From the NCBI RefSeq assembly GCF_006345805.1, contig NW_021832777.1, forward strand, positions 1-32,436: DNA of 32,436 nt. The letters run 5' to 3'. Under the pieces are notes generated by a model. The model was not told where the DNA came from, ran no database searches, and saw only the letters and a list, made by a program, of their open reading frames with translations. Both the position numbers and the translations under genes were made by a program. Positions 22,604 to 32,436 of the stretch are shown here, in pieces. This DNA comes from Octopus sinensis. Its lineage: Eukaryota. The number at the start of each line of letters is the position of its first letter. Position 1 is the stretch's first letter.

Positions 22604-22653
<50 letters not shown>

Positions 22654-22700
22654 CTCTATCTATCTATCTATCTGTCTATCTGTCTGTCTGTCTATCTATA
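22518..22700. repeat. (TCTA)n tetranucleotide microsatellite
   Basis: Direct reading. Confidence 0.95.
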
Positions 22701-23147
22701 TTTAATTCTCTCGTTCTGTCACCCTCTTCAGTTCAGCGGAGGAGGATAAAAAGGAGGAGAAGGAGAAAAGGGAGGAAGAGGAGAAAAAAGGAGGAGGAGG
22801 ATAAGATTAAGCAATATCAACATTCTTTATTAAACCAGGTCACCAAGTGTGAAAATATTCAACAGAGAAGCCATAAAACTCAAGTGCTCCTACGTTAGCT
22901 GCCACGTCTGGAACGATCTGTGATCTCAGTTGACTCCAAGCAACAAGAAAGCATTACATTCAGTAGCAACTCTACAGCGAGTAAATATATATATATATAA
23001 CTGACTTATTGGAAGTCCACCTGAAGATTGTCGATCAAGACAAGAAACGATTGTAGTGGCGGTTTTTTTGACTATTTATTAAAATTTTATGTATTGATTA
23101 AGTCTTTCCTTGTTTGTTTTGCAAAATAGTGGTTTTGTCTCTAATAA

Positions 23148-23200
<53 letters not shown>

Positions 23201-23217
23201 TATACATACATAATCGT

Positions 23218-23481
23218 AGCGTGGAAGGTGTTTATAAGCCATTTAAGAAACACACAAAAATCGTTAGATTCACTTCAACTGTTAAATTTGATTTGTCAAA
23301 ATTTTTCGTCACTTTGAGACCGCGACCTGTTCACTGGTAAAATTCCATGCTGCATTTTGTCAGTGAAGAGGTCGCGGTCGGAAAGCGACAAAAATATGAT
23401 GACAAGTTAAATTTAAATGTTGAAGTGAATCTAACGGCTTTTGTATGTTTCTTAAATGGCTTATAAACACCTTCCACGCTG
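23218..23481. mobile_element. Fully palindromic MITE (126-bp arms, 10-nt loop)
   Basis: AGCGTGGAAGGTGTTTATAAGCCATTTAAGAAAC...AAAAT | TCCATGCTGC | ATTTT...GTTTCTTAAATGGCTTATAAACACCTTCCACGCTG|TA. The right flank is TA. Confidence 0.8.
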
Positions 23482-23508
23482 TAAATGTCACACACACACA
23501 CACACACA

Positions 23509-23559
<51 letters not shown>

Positions 23560-23560
23560 C

Positions 23561-23731
23561 ACCTTCGAAACGGGGTGTAGATAGAACAGGGGACAACTGA
23601 TGAAGGGATTGTTCTTTATGTTGCCTGTCTCGTTTCTCTATTTGTTTCTTTCGTTGTTCTAAAGAAAGTTCGTTTTCTACATTTTTCTTTTTTATGTTCT
23701 CGTATCTCATTTTGTTTACGTTTTTTAAAGT
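23561..23731. repeat. Probable interspersed repeat between (TA)n tracts, unclassified
   Basis: Non-microsatellite block bounded by TA runs that resembles an octopus repeat as I remember it. Single copy here, so it cannot be confirmed from the window. Confidence 0.35.
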
Positions 23732-24705
23732 CCTGTACCCATATAGACATGTATATATACATATATATGTAAGTATGTACATATATGTATGTATATATGC
23801 GTATATTTATATACTATTTATATTATTATATGATCGAACGCCACGCATCCATTTCCAAGTAAGTTTTATCTATTTCTCTTTATATATATATATATATATT
23901 ATATATATATATATATAGAAAGAGACAGACAGATACACACACACACACATACACACACACATACATACATATATATATAATATATATATATATATATAAT
24001 TAATAATTCTGATTTCGATGTGAAAACAATGAAAATTGTCGTCGCTGCATACATTGATAATAATTTAGCGAAGCTGAAATCCGTATATTACCCGTATTTT
24101 ATCATTTGAAGCCTTCATATCAGATTGTATGTAGAGTCATGTCAAACTGCTTCTTGCGAAATTGAATCTACATATTGTGTAGTATCTGTCGGCAGATCTT
24201 TTGTGTGATTGCATATTTAATGAGACAATGGATTCTATTTCAGGCGTGACGTCACAGAGTTGCTAAGTTCGTCATTAACGATTGAATATAAGTCATGTCA
24301 CCTCCTTCATCAGTGTTGCTCTACTTATCCATTCAAACCTCGCGTTGATCGCTATGTTCAGTCCTTCGCTACTCATAAATGTTCCACTTGATTAAAAAGA
24401 AAAAAAACCCCACCAAAATGAGCTTTAGATACGGCTCTTTCCCCAGATTCTGCAATTACAAGAAACATTATGCTACGTTATTCATTTTTGTCAACATACT
24501 TATATCAGGGTCTCAAACGATATATTTTTGGACATGACCTTCGCTGTGTGATAGACGAGATTAAAATCATTTGCTAGAATTCACAAATGTCTCTACCAAA
24601 CGTCTTCTGTCAAAAAGACACAATTTAAAACTAAAGAGGTTAAAATATATTAATAATGATGATATCAACCACAACAGCAACAACCATAACAACAACAGCA
24701 ACAAC

Positions 24706-24738
<33 letters not shown>

Positions 24739-24760
24739 TATTATTATTATTATTATTATA

Positions 24761-25301
24761 AATGCCCTGGCTCTCGTGGCTTCTGATCTTAACTAATTAG
24801 AAGTGTTATCATGTACATTGTTTTTGTCTTGGCTATAAAAGATGGGCTACAGCAAATATTCTGCTCAATACCATCGATTTGCTTGTCAGTTGTTTGACCT
24901 TAACCAACTGAGAATGTCCCTTAGTGGCTGACGATATGTGCATATCTGATCACGACCAGAATTAGTGAGGGAGCATAGTAGCCATGTGTAGAGAGGGATT
25001 CTTTTGGGGTTTGAATAAGTCACCTCTGGAAACACGGGTGTTTCGTTCAACATCCTTAAACAACACTTATTCAGGGATCTTTTGAGCGGGATGTGTTACT
25101 CGACCAGAAGAAAATTCTAAATGGGCCCCACCTGCAAGGTCATGCGTTGCTTACCTTGATATGAGATCACCTTGTGTGCGCATATATGGTTGTGATACAT
25201 GTGCCTAGTGTACAATTATCAGACGGGTATGATGGGGTATACTGGGCTTCATATATTTGTACCCCAGTGTTGCTTTCATAGTATGCACTGCTCTCTCAAT
25301 C
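24761..25301 (+). mobile_element. About 540-bp non-coding element flanked by (AAT)n arrays on both sides
   Basis: Begins immediately after an (AAT)n(TAT)n run and ends CTCTCTCAATC followed by (AAT)n 25302-25518. No ORF. Resembles an abundant octopus interspersed repeat (from memory). Confidence 0.55.
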
Positions 25302-25431
25302 AATAATAACAATAATAATAATAATAACAATAATAATAATAATAATAACAACAATAATAATAATAATAATGATAATAAAAATAATAATGATAATAATAAT
25401 AATAATAATAACACTAATAATAATAATAATG

Positions 25432-25518
<87 letters not shown>

Positions 25519-25903
25519 GGAAATCTAGAAATAGAAGAAATCCAAAAAGTAATATTCATATGAACTCCTGATATCCTAAGAAAAATATATTCTTTATGTA
25601 ATTGCCAAACAGTTTTAATCTGTGACATTATCAAAAGTACTTTTAAATGTACATAATACCAAAATACCTCTTGCTGTCAGCTTTAAATCATATTATCATC
25701 AAATTACTTTTAAAATAGACTTTTAATTTTCTTATTTCTTGATAGACAATCTTTAGAACAATATTCTGTGAAAAGCCAAAAATTTGGTACCCTAGTCATA
25801 ATACCGACTTGAACTTCTAACTTGCTGTCTCTTGAGGTATCTAGGTGAGACTTGGAGTCATCTTGTAGAAATACAAAGCAAAAGACAAACGTATGATAAT
25901 AAT
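25519..25903 (+). mobile_element. 5'-truncated 3' end of an RLE-type (R4/Dong-like) LINE
   Basis: 25519 onward translates GNLEIEEIQKVIFI*TPDILRKI, matching the EIQKxVLLGTAxILRK C-terminus of restriction-like-endonuclease LINEs. It is followed by about 300 bp of 3' UTR and a (TAA)-type tail drifting into (AGT)n/(GTT)n/(AAT)n. Confidence 0.65.
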
Positions 25904-25926
25904 GACAGTAGTAGTAGTAGTAGTAA

Positions 25927-25966
<40 letters not shown>

Positions 25967-26492
25967 TGTTGTTGTTGTTGTTGTAGTTGTTGTTGTTGTT
26001 GTAGTAGTAATTAATAATAATAATAATAATAATTATAATAATAATAATAATAATGATGTGCATTATTATCGACTTAACAGTTTCCATCGACTTTGGAGCT
26101 GTCACCGAATTACCAATTCTCATTGAGTTGCAGTTTTTATCGACTTCCTAATTCCTATCGATTCAGCACATCTCATTGATTAATCACTTCTCGTGGACTT
26201 ACCAGCTTTCATTGAATGACACGATGGCATCAGATTTCGAAGTTGTTCACAAATGTTTACGTATTTTCTCAGCAGTATAATTCAACACCTGGCTTAAATT
26301 CTCCAAAATTAAAATCAAATAAAGATCCAAATGCTGAAAACCACTGCATTTTTCTCATATCACTTCACCTTCAATTTGTTTGATTTCAAACGAATATAGT
26401 TGTTACTAACTGAAGTTCATACAAATCCGGACGTTGAAAGAAACTTATCGGTCGTTTACCGTATTTGATGGCATTAAAGACGCACAGTAATG

Positions 26493-26845
26493 TTGACCTG
26501 GCAGAATCGTTAGCACACCGGGCGAAATGCTTAGCAGTACTTCGTCTGTCACTACGTTCAGAGTTGAAATTCCGCCGAGGTCGACTTTGCCTCTCATCGT
26601 TTCGGGATCGATTAAATAAGTACCAGTTACGCACTGGGGGTCGATATAATCGACTTAATCCGTTTGTCTGTCCTTGTTTGTCCCTTCTGTGTGTAGCCCC
26701 TTGTGGGCAGTAAAGAAATAAGAATCGTTAGCACGCCGATCGAGACGCTTAGCGATATTTCGTCCGTCTTCGAATTCAGCTTCCAACTCTGCATTTCATG
26801 CTTTTTCGGTCGATAAAATGAGTACTAGTTGAGCGATTGGGTTGA
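26493..26845 (+). mobile_element. Full tRNA-SINE (26493-26720) followed directly by a decayed second copy
   Basis: A-box TGGCAGAATCG, B-box GTTGAAATTCC, tail GTAAAGAAATA joined to AGAATCGTTAGC at 26721. Confidence 0.85.
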
Positions 26846-27161
26846 TGCTGGGTAAAAGTATAAACACTGCATACATCTGGCAAGTCATGTGGTTCCAGTG
26901 CAGCAAATTTATCTCAACAAACCAATATGGTCTCAGTGGAGAACATGATGTGACATTCGTCCTGCAGTGGATTGAATACAGATAATTCAAATCAGAATAC
27001 AAAGATGTACAGTTATAATAGACGCACACCAATTTCAGCATCGCATATACAGGTGGGCCGAAAGTCACACACAAAATATGGCCAATAAGTTCCGAAATTT
27101 TCAAAGAGATGTTTCAATCATTCTAAAATGCAATAAAATGAAAAAAATAAACAGGAATATA

Positions 27162-27941
27162 AAGTAGTTGTACATTGACTACGCGCGTTTCATGGCTGAA
27201 TTAGGACTATATAAAATCATATAAGAAACCATATCTAAGTCCATTAGAACGGGAAAATCATTTTACTCCCAAAATCAGTCACTCCTCAGGCCAAATTCCT
27301 AAAAAAAACTTAAAAGCTAAAAGTTTAATTTACCTCATAATATGATAAGGAATAAAAAATAATAATAAGATAATAAAATAATAAGAAAATAATAAGGAAT
27401 AAATATATATATATAAAGAAACAAAATCTGTAAGTTAAAGGCATTAATATTATTAAAAGTTACGAATTAAAAATTTCAAATAGAGTATTATTATGAACGT
27501 GACTAATTCATTATGGAGAATGTAAATAAATGTAAATATGTGTTAGTGTATAAAGTTAATAAAAGACGTATGTCTATATTGTTTATAATAAATTTTAAAA
27601 AACATGACTTATCTACCGGCGAATTATTTGTAGATTAAACCGAAATAAGTGTTCTTTAGTATTTATACAGAAACGTTACGTGATAAATATGGAGTCCATT
27701 ACTCAGAGATAAATACGTGTTATATTTACTATAATAACACATTTTCTTTAATTCCTTATCATATTATGAGGTAAGTTAAACTTTTAGTTTTTAGGTTCTT
27801 TTAGGAATTTGACCTGAGGAGTGACTGTTTATGGGAGTAAAATGATTTTTCCCTTCTAATTAACTGGGATATGGTTTCTTATATGATTTTATATAGTCCT
27901 AATTCAGCCATGAAACGCGCGTAGTCAATGTACAACTACTT
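27162..27941. mobile_element. Foldback/long-TIR non-autonomous element (780 bp)
   Basis: TIRs 27162-27353 and 27751-27941. The outer 74 bp are identical and the inner about 118 bp are imperfect. AT-rich 397-bp spacer with no ORF. Confidence 0.85.
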
Positions 27942-28236
27942 ACTTTTATACATTACAGTATTGTATTAATTTCTATTGTTCAGTTTATACTTTATTTGAC
28001 TTTAGATTAATATTTTTATGATGAATGCTTTCTTTGCATGATATTCGCTGTGATTTTAAAAGTATTTGTTCTTATGTATTATATGATTGTAATAATCTGA
28101 CTGTTCCATATTTATAGACTATTAAAATTTTAGATTAGTGTTTTGTATGGTATATGTCTCACGGCATTTTTTTTTTTTTTTTGGACGGGTCCTTCATTGA
28201 CTGAGTTGTGAAATTACGGTTCGTCCGTAAATTAGT

Positions 28237-28300
<64 letters not shown>

Positions 28301-29306
28301 TTCAATTAGGGCTAGCCATATACATCAGGGAACACCAATTCCCAACTATGGGAACGTTGCGTCTTATACCAGAAACAGCTGTAAGGTAATGCAGCCTATT
28401 ACCTAATCTCTTCTCTTTTCTTTTATACACACACGCACACTATCAAATGACTGAAGCAAGTGAAAGTATCCTGGTAAATGTTAGTCATCTCTCGATTCTT
28501 CAGTCTCTCTGAATATTTATTATATGTGTATGTGCGTGCGTGCGCAAGTATGTATTCGTGTGTGTGTGTGTGTGTGTCTGTGTGTGTGTGTGTGTGTGTA
28601 TGTGCATGCGCTTGTATATCTGAAAGAGTATATAGGAAGATTAGTCATTACTTATAAGAAGGCGGAATGGTCGCGGATAAGGTAGCTGTGGCAAAATAAA
28701 TTACATTCAAGTTCAAACCAGCAATACAGTGATAAATCTGCGGCCTCGTCTGTTACTGCACGCGGAAGTAATTTGCTCGCTGATAGGGGAAAAAAATATT
28801 CTATAACTGCATTGCGGACAATTTAATGAGTCAGACACATATAAAATGTCTAGTGAAATTTTTGTCGAAAGAATCGATTTGGTTCAGAAAACTAAAAGAA
28901 CAACACTAATTCTATTGAGAACTTTTCTATAATGATGCCGAACACCTGCTCCAACCATTTTAAAATTTCAAATAGTTTCATCTTTAATAAGACTTATGTT
29001 CTTATAAAGAACACAACTTTTGTTTCATAACTTTTCCCCATTCTAAACATTTTTTTTTAATATTTTAGTGTCTGTCTATGTTTAGCGCGTCTCATCTTTC
29101 TTTATATATTTTCGTATTTGCCAGACATCTCAAACGGGTGTACTTCACAAATGAAAATATATGAGATATTAGCTTGTTTGTTTTACGCATATTTTCAAAA
29201 TATGTCTCTGTGTGTGTGTTAGTGTGTCGTGTGTATGTATGTATGTATGTATGTACATATATATATATATATATATAATATATATATAATATATATATAT
29301 ATATAT

Positions 29307-29350
<44 letters not shown>

Positions 29351-29432
29351 CACTCAGTTGAATTAGTACTTCACTTGAGGCACCAAGTAGTGTCCGGTAT
29401 TATTTGCACATCTTGAAGTAAGGTGGATAAAA

Positions 29433-29580
29433 AGCAAATAAGTAACAAGGATGTCAATGTATTAGTGCAATATGGCCGTTTCAGGCGACTGCATTGTAAA
29501 TTTCAAACAGTCTCTTAAACAGAACCACCTGAAACGGCTGTAATGCACTAATGCATCGATATCCTAGTTACGTATTTGCT
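29433..29580. mobile_element. Small old MITE (55-bp TIRs, 38-bp spacer)
   Basis: 29433-29487 versus the reverse complement of 29526-29580: 9 mismatches in 55 bp, no gaps. Confidence 0.6.
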
Positions 29581-30132
29581 ATATATATTTATATAGCCAT
29601 CAGATGCAGTAGGCTCTTAGTTGAGTGCTTGAATAATAGTATTCCTTCGTCTGAGCCCCGAGTATGGAGTGCAATTTATTTTGGGGAAAAAAATTGCATT
29701 TTTTGCAATATACAGGGACTGCAATGCCACTGACAAAGTCATCGCTGATGCATATGGAAAAGTACATGTCCCAAAAGCAATTAGATAACAGGTTTGTTTC
29801 TGATATTTCTCAATTTGTTCAAATTCTCTCGTCTCCATTTCTACAGATTCTATATTTGCGGTCTGACTAGATTTTGTCGATATTTATCTTTATCAGATTT
29901 CTACTAATCCTTTGTAATTGAGCAGTTTTCATCAGCGCTTCGAACTCTCGTTTTAGTTCACCATCCGTCCGGCCGCCAGCACGAGCTATTGCTCATTATT
30001 TTCACATCAACCAGAGGCAGCATTCCTTATTCCGGTCATTTAGTAGTAGTAGTAGTAGTAGTAGTAGTAGCTGCGTAATGTTTATGTGTATACATGTGTT
30101 TGCGGATGAATATTTCTGACTCCATGTTTTCG

Positions 30133-30182
<50 letters not shown>

Positions 30183-30302
30183 CATCTAATATAGGATAAC
30201 ATTTTTTGAAAAAACTTTTATCAATGGCCAGCATATTAAAAAATTCCTTTAATGGTTAAATTTACAACAAATGTTTTCGTTTGCCCTTGTCTATAAGTTG
30301 TA

Positions 30303-30303
30303 T

Positions 30304-30357
<54 letters not shown>

Positions 30358-30378
30358 GATAGATAGATAGATAGATAT

Positions 30379-30425
<47 letters not shown>

Positions 30426-30500
30426 TATATAGATAGATAGATAGATAGATAATATAGATAGATAGATAGATTAGATAGATAGATAGATAGATAGATAGAT

Positions 30501-30532
<32 letters not shown>

Positions 30533-30622
30533 TAGATAGATAATAGATAGATAGATAGATAGATAGATAGAAATATATAGATAGAATAGATAGATAGATA
30601 ATAGATAGATAGATAGATAGAT

Positions 30623-30654
<32 letters not shown>

Positions 30655-30660
30655 GTAGAT
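30303..30660. repeat. (GATA)n microsatellite
   Basis: Direct reading. Confidence 0.95.
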
Positions 30661-30959
30661 AACTAGACAGATATAGCTACATATATATAACATTAAGTAC
30701 AACTGTGTGACTATGTGTTTCTCAGTGTATGTGTGTCTGTGTGTGAGTATGTGTAACAGAGTGTGCAAGTGTTTGTGTACGTCTCTCTATTCTCTATAAA
30801 ATTACTCAATAGGATTATTTATACATAAACTAAAACCCAAATGATTGGTAAATATTGATCTATAATCAATCTTTCCAACGAATGTCATTTTAAAAAGAAT
30901 TAATTCAGGCGTAGAAAAGAAAGCTAACTTTTACCTACACTCAATTCGAAATAACCTAT

Positions 30960-30998
30960 ACCTATGTATGTATATATGTATGTCTGTATGTATGCATG

Positions 30999-31032
<34 letters not shown>

Positions 31033-31288
31033 TGTATGTAGTATGTATGTATGTATGTATGTATGTATATATATATATATATCTATATATATATACATAT
31101 ACATATATATATATATCTGTATATGCTTATATATATATATGTGTGTGTTTGTGTGTGTTTGCGTGTCTGTATATATATATATACATACATACATATACAT
31201 AAATATGCGTATATATATATATTTACATATATGATATATATGCATATATACATATATGTGTATATTTGTATATGCATATATATTTATA

Positions 31289-31320
<32 letters not shown>

Positions 31321-31580
31321 CATATTTATATATACATTTGTATGTGTGTTTATATATACATATTCACACAAAAAAAACATATATATATCTTATATAAACA
31401 AAGCAGTATATGGAAATACATATAATATTGTTGCAAATTCCTCCCTATGTATGTATAAAAGTGTGTGTGAATGTGTGTGTGAATTTTATGGGTATGTGTA
31501 CGGTGTGTGCTTATGTGTGCGTACAATGCTCACGCGCTACACAAGCATACATATATATATATATATTATATATAATATAT

Positions 31581-31614
<34 letters not shown>

Positions 31615-31743
31615 ATATATATATATATATCAACAGTTTGACTTTTTTTCTTCTAAGTGTATTTAGCTCATAACTATACATGCATGTACATTCATATATA
31701 TACATGCATGCATACATACGTATATATATATATATATATATAT

Positions 31744-31793
<50 letters not shown>

Positions 31794-31880
31794 ATAATAT
31801 TTGTGTGTGTGTGTATATATAATGTACATATATAATATATAAGTATATATATATACGTCCATACGTATATACATATATAT
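30960..31880. repeat. Compound (TATG)n/(TA)n/(TG)n low-complexity tract
   Basis: Direct reading. Confidence 0.85.
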
Positions 31881-32243
31881 TCATGGAACAATGTTTCTAT
31901 GTGTGTGTTTGCTTCTTTGTGTGTGTGTGTATCTGTCTGTCTATGTGTGTATCTGCATGTGTGTCGCTGTGTGTGTGTGTCGATAAGAATAGCTAATAAT
32001 CATATATACAACAGCATTTGTGAGGCAGATTATTGATGGCAAATTGTATTCCTTGCAACGTGTACTGTATATTTGTTGCCATTCTTCTGTATATTTTGTA
32101 TGAAAATGTAACAATGCTCAAATTTAGAATTAACAAAAAGAAATTTATCTTCTTTATGCGTTTATATACTGCATATATATATCAAGTACGTATCACTTGC
32201 ATTTTCATTAATGTCTGTGTATGTACACACACACACACACACA

Positions 32244-32287
<44 letters not shown>

Positions 32288-32372
32288 TATATATATTATA
32301 TATACATATATATACACATGTATATATATGCATACATATATATCTATGCATAATACACACAAAACACACATA

Positions 32373-32436
32373 TACTTTGATACTTTGATACTTTGATAGG
32401 TTTCGGCCATTATTGGCCCAGGCCATGTCTAACTTA
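32373..32436 (-). mobile_element. Probable retroposon 3' end with (TCAAAGTA)3 tail, running off the window
   Basis: TACTTTGA occurs 3 times at 32373-32396, followed by higher-GC unique sequence. Short tandem tails are typical of RTE/CR1-type LINEs and their SINEs. Confidence 0.4.

Noticed and set aside
23561-23610. CGAAAC followed by CTGATGA (permuted, type II hammerhead-like order)
   Set aside because: No stem I can be formed between the base after GTA and the bases before CTGATGA, and stem II is poor. Unlike the 16777-16847 motif, the helices do not close.
24247-24254. Perfect CRE palindrome TGACGTCA
   Set aside because: A single 8-mer with no promoter context, expected by chance in 32 kb.
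28658-28760. Possible very old tRNA-SINE head (TGGTCGCGGATAAGG...GTTCAAACC)
   Set aside because: Too eroded to assign to a family or delimit.
1-32436. Long ORFs rich in Y/I, C/V, H/T, poly-I/N/L in the ORF track
   Set aside because: They are translations of (TA)n, (TG)n, (ATT)n and (GATA)n microsatellites or of SINE bodies, with no domain signal.

Overview
AT-rich, microsatellite-saturated animal genomic DNA with no intact protein-coding gene that I can support. The long ORFs in the track are almost all microsatellite read-throughs. The tRNA-headed SINE families and (TA)n/(AAT)n/(GATA)n load look like an Octopus (coleoid cephalopod) genome; this is inferred from remembered repeat families, not from a search. 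Content: many tRNA-derived SINE copies (several as concatemers or inverted pairs), TA-targeting Tc1/mariner and pogo-type MITEs, a 780-bp foldback element, decayed 3' ends of an RTE LINE and an RLE (R4/Dong-like) LINE, a 5S rRNA-derived relic and a possible decayed TIR-domain sequence. The most unusual structure is 16321-18211, inserted in a (TA)n tract. It has about three near-identical tandem copies of a 545-bp unit preceded by a 276-bp inverted copy of part of the unit. Each unit carries a hammerhead-ribozyme-like fold with a palindromic stem III (CCGATGA...GAAACGTACGTT). This architecture suggests a Penelope-mobilised retrozyme-like element copied from a circular or concatemeric RNA, with a twin-priming 5' inversion. 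Ribozyme activity and assembly correctness are untested.
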